Below, piece by piece: positions 38,407 through 48,023 of a DNA stretch of 64,000 nucleotides; the first letter of the stretch is position 1; each line of letters begins with the position of its first letter. The position numbers were made by a program, and so were the translations under genes. Where the stretch lies: positions 4,327-68,326 of the forward strand of contig NZ_JBBKXE010000048.1 of NCBI RefSeq assembly GCF_037969335.1. The letters run 5' to 3'. The DNA is from Hyphomonas sp. GTDB taxonomy: Bacteria; Pseudomonadota; Alphaproteobacteria; Caulobacterales; Hyphomonadaceae. The notes below the pieces were generated by a model. It was not told the DNA's origin. It saw only the letters and a list, made by a program, of their open reading frames with translations, and ran no database searches.

Positions 38407-39570
38407 ATGGATTTTGAACTGGCCGAAGAATACCGGATGCTGCGCGACCTGGTGCAGCGCTTCGTGCGGGACGAACTGATGCCGCTGGAGGCGGGTGTGC
38501 TGGCGCGTGATGCTGAAGGGCAGGGGTCGCACCTTGTTGAGGGCGAACGGACGCGGCTCGACAAAGTGTCGAAAGAGATGGGCCTGTGGAGCCTCGATGC
38601 GCCGGAGGAATCGGGCGGCATGGGCCTGCCGCATGTGGCGCTGGTGGGGGTGAACGAGGCGCTGGGATCGACCGTGGCCCAGTACACGCTGCCGCCGGAT
38701 TCACCCAACTTGCGGATGCTGATGACAGCGGTCAACGACCAGCAACGGACCGCTTACCTGGAACCGTATGCGCGGGGCGAGACGATTTCGGCGATCGGCA
38801 TTTCCGAGCCCGGCGCCGGGGCTGACCCGGCGGGCATGCTGACCAAGGTGGTGAAGGATGGCGATGACTGGGTGATCAATGGCCGCAAGATATGGATCAC
38901 GCGGGCGGCGGAGGCCGACTTCACGATCCTGATGGCGATTACCGATCCGGTGAAGCGGGCGCGGGGCGGCATGTCGGCTTTTCTCGTCGACCGGGATACG
39001 CCGGGCTTCAATGTGCTGAGGCGCATTCCGATGCTGGGCGGCGAATATACGTATGAAGTGGTGCTGGAGAATTGCCGGGTGCCGGGCTGGAAACTGCTCG
39101 GCAAGGAAGGCGACGGGTTCGGGCCGATGCAGGTGCGCCTGGGAACGCGCCGGATGGAGATGGCGGCCTGGTGCATCGGTGCGGCGCAGCGGGCGCTGGA
39201 CATGATGATCGACTACGCGCCGCAGCGGGTGACCTTTGGCCAGAAACTGTCACAGAGGCAGGCCGTGCAATGGTGGGTGGCCGACGGCGCGGCGAAGATT
39301 CATGCGGCGCGGCTGATGGCCTATGATTGCGCGTGGAAGCTGGATACCGGCAAGGATGTGCGGACCGAAATCTCGATGCTGAAATATTATGCGACCGAGA
39401 TGGCGCAGGAGATTATCGACAATGCCATGCAGTGCTTTGGCGCGATGGGCATGACCAAGGAGATGCCGCTGCACCTGTTTGCCGGGCGTATCCGCAACAT
39501 GCGGATCTATGACGGGCCGTCGGAAGTGCACCGCATGGTAGTGGCGCGCAACCTGATGGACACGCGCTGA
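38407..39570 (+). CDS. Acyl-CoA dehydrogenase
   Basis: ISEPGAGAD, NGRKIWIT, IYDGPSEVHR. Confidence 0.93.
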   Translation: MDFELAEEYRMLRDLVQRFVRDELMPLEAGVLARDAEGQGSHLVEGERTRLDKVSKEMGLWSLDAPEESGGMGLPHVALVGVNEALGSTVAQYTLPPDSPNLRMLMTAVNDQQRTAYLEPYARGETISAIGISEPGAGADPAGMLTKVVKDGDDWVINGRKIWITRAAEADFTILMAITDPVKRARGGMSAFLVDRDTPGFNVLRRIPMLGGEYTYEVVLENCRVPGWKLLGKEGDGFGPMQVRLGTRRMEMAAWCIGAAQRALDMMIDYAPQRVTFGQKLSQRQAVQWWVADGAAKIHAARLMAYDCAWKLDTGKDVRTEISMLKYYATEMAQEIIDNAMQCFGAMGMTKEMPLHLFAGRIRNMRIYDGPSEVHRMVVARNLMDTR

Positions 39571-39637
39571 GAGCGCGTACGTTGAGTATGCCTGTCAGGG
39601 GGCATAGGATGAATCACAACAAGACAGGAATTCCAGG

Positions 39638-40450
39638 ATGACCGACCGCATAAATATCTTCATCGACAATGGCGTCGCCGATGTGCGCCTCGTGCGCGAA
39701 GACAAGATGAACGCACTGGACGACGCGATGTTCGCGCGGCTGATCTCGGCAGCCGAAGAGATCAATGCCGACAAGTCCGTGCGGGTTGTCGTCCTGTCGG
39801 GGCAGGGCCGGGCATTCTGCGCCGGGCTCGACATGGGCAATTTCGGCAAGATGGCTGAAGGCGGTCCGAAGGATGACAGCGCGGCGGGTGGCCGGCTGAC
39901 GCCCCGCACGCACGGCATTGCCAACCGGGCGCAGCAGGCCGTGTGGGGCTGGCATAGCCTGCGTGTGCCCGTGATTGCCGCTGTGCATGGCGTCGCTTTG
40001 GGCGGTGGCTTCCAGGTGGCGTTGGGCGCAGATATCCGGATCGTGCACCCGGAGACGAAACTGTCGATCCTGGAAGTGAAATGGGGCCTTGTGCCGGACA
40101 TGAGCTCGACCGCGATCATGCGGCGGCTGGCGCGCGAGGACATCATCCGGGAGCTGACATATACGGGTCGTATCTTCTCCGGGACGCAAGCATTGGAATA
40201 TGGTTTCGCGACGAAGCTGTCCGAGACGCCTTATGAGGACGCCATGAACCTGGCGCGCCTGATTGCCGAGAAGAGCCCGAGCGCGGTGCAGGCGGCGAAG
40301 AAGCTGTACAATGAGATTGGCGACAAGTCGGACGCCGAGGCATTGCAGGCGGAGTCTGTCGTGCAGGACAAGCTGATGGGCAGCAAGAACCAGATCGAGG
40401 CCGTGATGGCCGGGCTGCAGAAGCGCGCTGGCAAGTTCGTTGACGAATAG
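39638..40450 (+). CDS. Enoyl-CoA hydratase/crotonase
   Basis: KMNALD, AFCAGLD, GVALGGG, EVKWGLVPDM. Confidence 0.92.
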   Translation: MTDRINIFIDNGVADVRLVREDKMNALDDAMFARLISAAEEINADKSVRVVVLSGQGRAFCAGLDMGNFGKMAEGGPKDDSAAGGRLTPRTHGIANRAQQAVWGWHSLRVPVIAAVHGVALGGGFQVALGADIRIVHPETKLSILEVKWGLVPDMSSTAIMRRLAREDIIRELTYTGRIFSGTQALEYGFATKLSETPYEDAMNLARLIAEKSPSAVQAAKKLYNEIGDKSDAEALQAESVVQDKLMGSKNQIEAVMAGLQKRAGKFVDE

Positions 40451-40468
40451 GGCCCGGGGAGGGCACGC

Positions 40469-41260
40469 ATGATCGATTACAAAGGCAAAGTGGCACTGGT
40501 GACCGGTGCCGGCTCCGGCATTGGCCGGGCGCTGGCGCAGGCACTGGTGGCGCGCGGCGCGAAAGTCGTGTGCGCGGACATCAATGAGGACGGCGTGCGG
40601 GAAACGGCGGACGGCCTTGGCGCCGACGCGCTGGCGATGGTGTGTGACATGGCCGACCATGATGCGGCGGCCACACTGATCCATGATGCGGGGACGTGGC
40701 AGGGACGGCTGGACCTTGTCTGTTCGAATGCGGGGATCGGGCTCAACCGGCGGCTGATCAAGCAGGAACTGGACGAGCGGGCCGAGCGCCTGTTCGAGGT
40801 GAACCTGTTCGCGAACCTGCGTGTGGCGCAGGCCTATGCGCGCTGGCTGGAAGCCAGTGGCGGCGAGGGGCGGCTGATGATTACGGGGTCCGAGAATTCG
40901 CTGAGCGTGCCTGCGGCGGTGAAGGGCAACGGGCTGGGCCTGTATGGCGCGACCAAGCATGGCGTGCTGGTGATGGCAGAATGGATGCGGGACGAGTTTG
41001 CCAGCGGCAATGTGCCGGTGGACGTGCATGTGCTGATGCCGGGCGCCGTCTATACGGCGCTGATCGAGAAGCATTTACCGGACCCGTCAAAGGCACCGCC
41101 GGAACTGGGCCTGATCATGCCGGAGCGATGCGCGGAGATTGCCCTGAAGGGCATGGATCTCGGCCTGTTCTATATTCCGACGCATGCGCACCTGGCCGAT
41201 GACATGAAGCCGCGCATGCAGGGCGTGGCGGATGCGCTGAAGGCGCTGGGGCTGACCTGA
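40469..41260 (+). CDS. Short-chain dehydrogenase/reductase
   Basis: TGAGSGIG, SNAG, YGATK. Confidence 0.9.
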   Translation: MIDYKGKVALVTGAGSGIGRALAQALVARGAKVVCADINEDGVRETADGLGADALAMVCDMADHDAAATLIHDAGTWQGRLDLVCSNAGIGLNRRLIKQELDERAERLFEVNLFANLRVAQAYARWLEASGGEGRLMITGSENSLSVPAAVKGNGLGLYGATKHGVLVMAEWMRDEFASGNVPVDVHVLMPGAVYTALIEKHLPDPSKAPPELGLIMPERCAEIALKGMDLGLFYIPTHAHLADDMKPRMQGVADALKALGLT

Positions 41261-41342
41261 TCTTCTGAAGGAGGCGCATCTCCACCAGCACCAGCACCAG
41301 CGGCCGCGCATGGCGGCTGTGCAGTTCTGATTTTCGAGACCT

Positions 41343-41948
41343 TTAGCCCGGCGGCCAGTGGGGTTGCAGGCAGAGGATGCTGCGCGGTGAGACGGTTGCG
41401 CGGACCGATGGCGGGCGTGACGGGGCCTTGGGCCGGGGAGCTGGTTTTGGCCTGGACTCTGGTTTGGCGAGATGCCGGGCGAGCCGGATTGCATGCGTAT
41501 AAGGATTGGCCATGGCCGCCTCGATGCGGGCGATACGGCGCAGGAAGGCGTCGGTTGTGAGGTCTGGCTTGAAAACGTGTGCACGCGGGGACACGCCACG
41601 CGGGCCGGTGGGCGGCGTCGGCGGCACGCGGTCGGTGACCGGGCGGATATTGAACAGGCCGATACGCGTCGTGGCTTTCCGGGGGAGAGGCGCGGGCGTC
41701 TCGGGTGTGACGCGCGCGGGTGCGGCGGGTTTCGGGGCCAAGGGTGCGACCGTGATGTCGAGCGCCAGGATGTAGAGCGCGCCGCGCAACATGTCTTCGA
41801 TGACGCAGAGATGGCGCTGGGCCTTCCTGTAGAAGGCGCGCGGAATTGTCAGCGTTTCACGGCCACCGATCCAGTCGATGAACTCGGCGACCATGTCGAT
41901 CACGCGGGTGAACAGGGTGGGGGCGGACGTATCTGTCATGCGGCCCAT
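41343..41948 (-). CDS. Hypothetical Pro/Arg-rich protein
   Basis: Longest ORF covering the gap; no recognised domain; start may be 41939. Confidence 0.5.
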   Translation of the reverse strand: MGRMTDTSAPTLFTRVIDMVAEFIDWIGGRETLTIPRAFYRKAQRHLCVIEDMLRGALYILALDITVAPLAPKPAAPARVTPETPAPLPRKATTRIGLFNIRPVTDRVPPTPPTGPRGVSPRAHVFKPDLTTDAFLRRIARIEAAMANPYTHAIRLARHLAKPESRPKPAPRPKAPSRPPSVRATVSPRSILCLQPHWPPG

Positions 41949-42005
41949 TATGCGGCCGCGCCGGAGGGGGGTGGATAAGTTTTGCCTGTCAGACAGGAAG
42001 CGGAG

Positions 42006-42878
42006 CTAGAGGAAGGCTTTCAGGTCGGCAATGAAGCGGTCGAACTGGTCGTGGTGGAGCCAGTGGCCGGCATTCTCGTAGAGCTTTACTTCGGCATCCT
42101 GGAAATGCTCGAGGCGGCCGTCCTCGGCCGGGTTCGAGGCCCAGCTCTTTTCGCCATAGAGCAGGAGAGTGGGGCAGGTGATGGCCTGCCACAGGGTCTC
42201 GATGTCGGCATAGGGGATGTCGTAGGGCGTCATCACGCGGAAATAATTGTCGAACTTCCAGGAATAGGTGCCGTCCTCGTTCTGGCTGATGCCGTGGATG
42301 GTCAGGTGGCGAGCCTGTTCGTCGGTGAGGTAGCTGTTCTCGGTTTTCATACGCGTATAGGCGTCTTCGAGCGTCGGGTATTTCTTCGACGTGCGACCGG
42401 CGGCGGCGCGCTTGGAATCGATCCAGTCGCGCATGCGCTCGCCCGGTGAGGTGCTGAAGCGCTCCTTCATCATCTTCGGCGACGGGCCAAGGCCTTCGAT
42501 GGCGACGATCTTGCGGACATTTTCCGGGTAGATGCCGGCATAGCGCAGGGAAATGGCGCCGCCATAGGAATGGGACACGATGGTGACAGGATTGAACTTC
42601 TGCTGGTGGATCAGCTGGGCGAGATCGTAGACGCAGGCGCGGACCGAATACTCGCCGTCTTCCGACCAGGCGCTGTCGCCATGGCCCCGCAGGTCGGGCG
42701 CGACGACGTGCCAGTCCTTGCTGAGTTCCTCGGCGACCCAGTCCCATGAGCGGCAATGGTCGCGGCCGCCATGGACCAGGACGAGCGGCGGCGCATCCTG
42801 GTTGCCCCAGTCGACATAGTGCAGGCGCAGGCGCTGGGAAATGAAGCTGTTCGAGGTCGGTCCGGAGAATTGGGTCAT
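42006..42878 (-). CDS. Alpha/beta hydrolase
   Basis: HGGRD, DLRGHGDS, SHSYGG, AGHWLHHD. Confidence 0.9.
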   Translation of the reverse strand: MTQFSGPTSNSFISQRLRLHYVDWGNQDAPPLVLVHGGRDHCRSWDWVAEELSKDWHVVAPDLRGHGDSAWSEDGEYSVRACVYDLAQLIHQQKFNPVTIVSHSYGGAISLRYAGIYPENVRKIVAIEGLGPSPKMMKERFSTSPGERMRDWIDSKRAAAGRTSKKYPTLEDAYTRMKTENSYLTDEQARHLTIHGISQNEDGTYSWKFDNYFRVMTPYDIPYADIETLWQAITCPTLLLYGEKSWASNPAEDGRLEHFQDAEVKLYENAGHWLHHDQFDRFIADLKAFL

Positions 42879-42945
42879 GGCGCTGATTTGCCCGGCTTTG
42901 CCCTGCGCTGTCCAGAGCCGTGGCCGGTTTATCGGCGCGGCGCGA

Positions 42946-43542
42946 TCAATCGGCGAGAACGGCGAGGATGGCCTGACGGATGAAGCGGGTCAGGCCGGCC
43001 TGATCGAGATCGGGATGGCGAAGCATGCGGATGGCGAGGCCATCGAACAGGGTGAACAGGACTTCGACGCGGCCTTCGGCGTGATCCAGCTTGAGCTTTT
43101 CACTTAGCAGGCGGGCGAACTCGGTCCTGACGATGACGTCATGGCGGCGGAGCCGTTCGGCAATGTCCGGGTTTCGCTTCGCTTCAGCCACGATTTCGAG
43201 GCTGAGGGCTGACCGGAACGGGTCTGTATTGGTGCGCACACCCTCTTCGGCGCGCGCCACCATTTCATTCTTCAAATTCTCGCAGGGGAGGGACTGGAAC
43301 TCCCGCATCTTGGCTTCATGGGCGCTGGTTTCGCGTTCAACGATGGCCGCGATGATCGCGTCCTTGCTGTCAAAATAGTGATAAATGTGCCCGGCGCTCA
43401 TCTCGGCGCGCTCGGCAATGCGGGCCATTCCCGTGCCGTGGAAGCCTTGCTCGACGAAGCAGGCCGTCGCGGCATCGAGGATCTGGATGACCCGCGCCTT
43501 GGTGCGAGGTGAGCGTTTGTCGATCTGATTCGTCATATTCAT
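42946..43542 (-). CDS. TetR/AcrR family regulator
   Basis: GFHGTGMARIAERAEMSAGHIYHYF; divergent from the RND operon; start uncertain. Confidence 0.9.
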   Translation of the reverse strand: MNMTNQIDKRSPRTKARVIQILDAATACFVEQGFHGTGMARIAERAEMSAGHIYHYFDSKDAIIAAIVERETSAHEAKMREFQSLPCENLKNEMVARAEEGVRTNTDPFRSALSLEIVAEAKRNPDIAERLRRHDVIVRTEFARLLSEKLKLDHAEGRVEVLFTLFDGLAIRMLRHPDLDQAGLTRFIRQAILAVLAD

Positions 43543-43586
43543 GAAAACTTCTGCTTTAGGCACTTGATTTGTTGCGCTGCAACATT

Positions 43587-43605
43587 ATTTCGAACGTTCA
43601 TTCTA
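43587..43605. promoter_or_regulatory. Putative operator of the RND-linked TetR
   Basis: Imperfect palindrome centred on GAACGTTC in the divergent promoter. Confidence 0.45.
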
Positions 43606-43656
43606 ACTTTACAATCCGTCGCGTACACATAGGCCCGATTGATCAAGGTGACATTA

Positions 43657-44859
43657 ATGCCAAGCATATCAAACAGTTTCAGAGCGCTGATCGCAACCGC
43701 ACTGATCGGCGCAGTCGTTGCCTGTGGGGCGTCAGAGCCCAGCGCCTCTGAGCAAGCTGCGGCGCAGGCCCCTGCTGCGGCGCCCGTTGACGTCATGGTC
43801 GTGCACAAGACACGCGTTGAGAGTACGCGCGAATTGCCGGGCCGCGCCCGCGCTTTCCGGGAGGCGGAGATCCGCCCCCAGGTCACAGGTCTGATCAAGT
43901 CGCGCCTGTTCACGGAAGGCGAACTGGTCAGCCAGGGACAGGCCCTCTACCAGATTGATGCCTCCGAATACGCTGCTGCCGTAAACAGCGCGAAAGCCGC
44001 CGTTCAGCGCGCCGAGGCGACAGCCGAAGCGGCGCGCCAGACGGCAGGCCGGTTCGAGCGCCTTGCCGAGATCAATGCCGTGAGCCGCGAGAACCTCGAT
44101 CAGGCCATCGCGACCCAGAAACAGGCCGAGGCCGACGTAGCGATCCAGAAGGCGGCCCTGCAGCGGGCCAATATTGACTTGTCGCGCACCAAGGTCACCT
44201 CGCCGATTGACGGCCGGATCGGCCGTTCGAGCGTGACTCCGGGTGCGCTGGTGACCGAGAACCAGGCCACGCCGCTGGCCATGGTGTTGCAACTGGACCC
44301 GATCTACCTCGACCTGACGGCGGGCAGCTCGAAGATTCTCGGCTGGAAGCGCGACATTTCCGAGGGCCGGATCAAGTCCTCCGACGGCGAGAGCGTGGCT
44401 GTGACCATTGCACTGGAAGATGGCAGCACCTATTCCGAGCCGGGCCGGCTGGCATTCAGCGAAGTCAGCGTCGACGAAAGCGCCGGATCGGTGATCATTC
44501 GCGCCGTGGTGCCCAATCCCGACGGATACCTGTTGCCGGGCATGTATGTGAATGCCAGCTTCAGTGCCGGGACCTATGACAATGTCTTCCTGGTGCCGCA
44601 GGGCGCCGTGACGCGCACGGTCAAGGGTGATCCGACGGTGATGGTGGTCGGTGATGACGGCACGGCCGAAGTGCGCAACCTGACGATTATTGAAGCCAGC
44701 GGAAACGACTGGATCGTATCGGACGGACTGGAAGACGGCGACAAGCTGATCATTGGCGGCCTGCAGAAGGTTCGCCCCGGCGCGCCCGTTGCGCTGGTGC
44801 CTCCGATGACGGCATCGGTCCAACCGACCGACGCGGCGAAAACCGTCGTCAAACAATAA
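43657..44859 (+). CDS. RND periplasmic adaptor, AcrA/MexA-like lipoprotein
   Basis: VVAC lipobox, LPGR, AEIRPQVTG, SPIDGRIG, LLPGMYV. Confidence 0.93.
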   Translation: MPSISNSFRALIATALIGAVVACGASEPSASEQAAAQAPAAAPVDVMVVHKTRVESTRELPGRARAFREAEIRPQVTGLIKSRLFTEGELVSQGQALYQIDASEYAAAVNSAKAAVQRAEATAEAARQTAGRFERLAEINAVSRENLDQAIATQKQAEADVAIQKAALQRANIDLSRTKVTSPIDGRIGRSSVTPGALVTENQATPLAMVLQLDPIYLDLTAGSSKILGWKRDISEGRIKSSDGESVAVTIALEDGSTYSEPGRLAFSEVSVDESAGSVIIRAVVPNPDGYLLPGMYVNASFSAGTYDNVFLVPQGAVTRTVKGDPTVMVVGDDGTAEVRNLTIIEASGNDWIVSDGLEDGDKLIIGGLQKVRPGAPVALVPPMTASVQPTDAAKTVVKQ

Positions 44860-44879
44860 TTCAACTGAGTTGAACCCCC

Positions 44880-47800
44880 ATGGCTAATTTCTTCATTGAC
44901 CGGCCCATCTTCGCATGGGTCCTGGCGATCATTGTCATGATCGCCGGTGGCATCGCGCTGCGGACCCTGCCTGTGGCCCAGTACCCGGACATTGCGCCGA
45001 CGACGGTGTCGATCAATGCGGTCTATCCGGGGGCGTCCGCCAAGGCCGTGGAAGACACGGTCACGCAGGTGATCGAACAGCAGATGACGGGGCTGGACGG
45101 CCTCGACTATATTTCCTCCTCGTCCAGCTCGCAGGGCGCCGCGTCCGTCACGCTGACCTTCGAGACGGGTACGGACCCCGACATCGCGCAGGTGCAGGTG
45201 CAGAACAAGCTGGCGCTGGCGACCCCGCTCTTGCCCGAACAAGTGCAGCGCCAGGGCGTGACCGTGAGCAAGGCCTCGTCCGGGTTCCTGATGGTGACGG
45301 CGCTGATCTCGCCGAACGGGACGTTCGACCAGACAGATCTTGGCGACTATGCGCGCTCGAACGTGACCGACGTGCTGAGCCGCGTCGATGGCGTCGGCAG
45401 CGTGCGGCTGTTCGGTTCGCCCTATGCGATGCGTATCTGGCTCGATCCGAGCAAACTGAACCAGTACAATTTGATGCCAAGCGACGTGATCGCGGCGATC
45501 CGCGCCCAGAACGCGCAAGTCTCGACGGGTGCGCTGGGCGGCAGCCCGGCGGTGGAAGGCCAGGAAATAACCGCAACGATTTCGCTGCAGACGCTCCTCT
45601 CCACTCCCGGCCAGTTCCGCGACCTGCTGATCCTGACGACCGGCGACGGCGCCTCGGTACGCCTCCGCGATGTTGCACGGGTCGAGATGGGTGCTGAGAA
45701 CTATTCGACGGTTGCAAAATATAATGGCCAGCCGGCCGCTGGCATGGGCATTTCGCTCGCATCGGGCGCGAATGCCTTGCAGACGGCGGAAGGCGTGCGT
45801 TCTGCGATGGACACGCTGGGGAAACAGTTTCCGGACGATCTCGGCGTGGTCTATCCATATGACACGACACCCTTCATCAGCACGTCCATCCATGAAGTCC
45901 AGAAGACGCTGATCGAAGCGGTGATCCTGGTCTTCCTCGTGATCCTTGTCTTCCTGCAAAGCTTCCGGGCCAGCTTCATTCCGATGATTGCGGTCCCGGT
46001 GGTCCTGCTGGGTACATTCGCGGTCCTGCTGATGTTCGGCTATTCGATCAACACGCTGACCATGTTCGCCATGGTGCTGGCGATCGGGCTCCTGGTCGAT
46101 GACGCGATCGTGGTGGTGGAGAATGTCGAGCGGGTGATGGCCGAAGAAGGCCTGTCGCCGCGCGATGCGACGCGCAAGTCGATGAAACAGATTACCGGCG
46201 CGCTTGTGGGCATCGCAGTTGTGCTGTCGGCCGTGTTCATTCCGATGGCATTCTTTCCGGGATCGGCGGGTGTGATCTATCGCCAGTTCTCGATCACGAT
46301 TGTTACCGCCATGACCCTGTCAGTGCTGGTGGCACTGATCCTGTCGCCCGCCTTGTGTGCGACCCTGTTGAAAGCGAACGGACATGCCGCGTCCGAAAAG
46401 AAAAACCTGGCGGCGCGTGGCGGTGCCTTGTTCGAGAGCGGATTTTCGCGCCTGCGTGACGGTTATGAAGCGGTCGTGGCGCGTGTGCTGCGCCGTGTCT
46501 GGCTGTTCGTCGGTGTGTTCGCCGTGATGCTTGTCCTGCTGGGACTGGGTTTCCGTAGCCTGCCAACGTCATTCCTGCCGAACGAAGACCAGGGCGCCGT
46601 GATGACGATTGTCCAGCTGCCGACGGGTGCGACGCTGGCGCGGACAACAGAAGTCATGGATGCCGTGTCGCTGCACTATCGTGAGAACGATACCGAGAAC
46701 GTGCAGGGCGTCATGGCGATTGCCGGCTTTGGCTTTGCCGGAGCGGGCCAGAATGTCGGCCTGTCCTTCACGCCGCTGAAGGACTGGTCGGAGCGGACCC
46801 GCAAGGACCAGTCTTCGTCGGCGATTGCCGGGCGGGCATCGGCTGCGTTCAGCCAGCGCACGGATGCGATGATCTTCGCCGTTATCCCGCCACCGATCCG
46901 CGAACTGGGCAATGCCAGCGGTTTTGACCTTTACCTGAAGGATACGGGCGGCATCGGCCATGATGCGCTGGTGAATGCCCGCAACCAGTTGCTTGGCATG
47001 GCCGCGCAGGAACCGGGCCTGACGAGCGTGCGTCCGAACGGGCAGGAAGACAGCCCGCAATTCAAGCTGAATCTCGACTACCAGAAGGCGCAGGCGCTGG
47101 GCATTGACCTGGCCGATGCGACGAGCCTGTTGTCGGTCGGCCTGGGTGGAACCTATGTGAACGACTTTATCGACCGTGGCCGGATCAAGCGCGTTTACGT
47201 GCAGGGCGATGCCCCGTTCCGGATGCAGCCAGACGATATCGGTGACTGGCGCGTGCGCAACGGTACGGGCGACATGACGCCGGTGTCGGAGATCGTGTCG
47301 TCCGAGTGGGACTATGGCGCGTCGCTTCTGCAACGCTACAATGGCTCGCCAGCACTGAACATCCAGGGCCAGCCTGCACCGGGCGAAAGCTCGGGCGTCG
47401 CGATGGACAAGATGGAAGAGCTGGTGTCTCGCCTGCCGGCTGGCACGAGCCTCGAATGGACGGGTATCAGTGCGCAGGAGCGCAGCTCCGGCAACCAGAG
47501 CACCTTGCTGTACCTGTTGTCCGGACTGTTCGTCTTCCTTTGCCTTGCGGCGCTTTACGAAAGCTGGACGGTGCCGATATCCGTGTTGCTGGTTGCGCCT
47601 GTGGGCATGCTTGGCGCGGTCGTCGGTGCGCATCTGGGCGGGTATGACAATGACGTCTTCTTCCAGGTGGGCCTGCTGACGACGGTCGGGCTTGCGTCAA
47701 AGAATGCCATCCTGATTGTCGAGTTCGCCCGTGCGCTCGAAGCGGAAGGCAAAGGCCTGATCGAAGCGACGATGGAATCGGTGCGGTTGCGTTTCCGTCC

Positions 47801-48023
47801 GATCCTGATGACGTCGCTGGCCTTCGGGCTGGGTATTACGCCGCTTGTGTTCAGTTCGGGTGCCGGGGCAGCGTCTCGCGCCGCGCTGGGTACGACTGTC
47901 CTGAGCGGGATGATTGCCGTGACGGCGATCGGCCTGTTTGCTGCGCCGCTTTTCTATGTTGTCGTCCGGAAACTGACGACCCGCACGCCCAAGGCGCGCC
48001 CTCAAGTCGATGGAACTGTATGA
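44880..48023 (+). CDS. RND efflux permease, AcrB/MexB-like
   Basis: FFIDRPIFAWV, GLLVDDAIVVVENVER, KNAILIVEFA, RFRPILMTS. Confidence 0.96.
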   Translation: MANFFIDRPIFAWVLAIIVMIAGGIALRTLPVAQYPDIAPTTVSINAVYPGASAKAVEDTVTQVIEQQMTGLDGLDYISSSSSSQGAASVTLTFETGTDPDIAQVQVQNKLALATPLLPEQVQRQGVTVSKASSGFLMVTALISPNGTFDQTDLGDYARSNVTDVLSRVDGVGSVRLFGSPYAMRIWLDPSKLNQYNLMPSDVIAAIRAQNAQVSTGALGGSPAVEGQEITATISLQTLLSTPGQFRDLLILTTGDGASVRLRDVARVEMGAENYSTVAKYNGQPAAGMGISLASGANALQTAEGVRSAMDTLGKQFPDDLGVVYPYDTTPFISTSIHEVQKTLIEAVILVFLVILVFLQSFRASFIPMIAVPVVLLGTFAVLLMFGYSINTLTMFAMVLAIGLLVDDAIVVVENVERVMAEEGLSPRDATRKSMKQITGALVGIAVVLSAVFIPMAFFPGSAGVIYRQFSITIVTAMTLSVLVALILSPALCATLLKANGHAASEKKNLAARGGALFESGFSRLRDGYEAVVARVLRRVWLFVGVFAVMLVLLGLGFRSLPTSFLPNEDQGAVMTIVQLPTGATLARTTEVMDAVSLHYRENDTENVQGVMAIAGFGFAGAGQNVGLSFTPLKDWSERTRKDQSSSAIAGRASAAFSQRTDAMIFAVIPPPIRELGNASGFDLYLKDTGGIGHDALVNARNQLLGMAAQEPGLTSVRPNGQEDSPQFKLNLDYQKAQALGIDLADATSLLSVGLGGTYVNDFIDRGRIKRVYVQGDAPFRMQPDDIGDWRVRNGTGDMTPVSEIVSSEWDYGASLLQRYNGSPALNIQGQPAPGESSGVAMDKMEELVSRLPAGTSLEWTGISAQERSSGNQSTLLYLLSGLFVFLCLAALYESWTVPISVLLVAPVGMLGAVVGAHLGGYDNDVFFQVGLLTTVGLASKNAILIVEFARALEAEGKGLIEATMESVRLRFRPILMTSLAFGLGITPLVFSSGAGAASRAALGTTVLSGMIAVTAIGLFAAPLFYVVVRKLTTRTPKARPQVDGTV

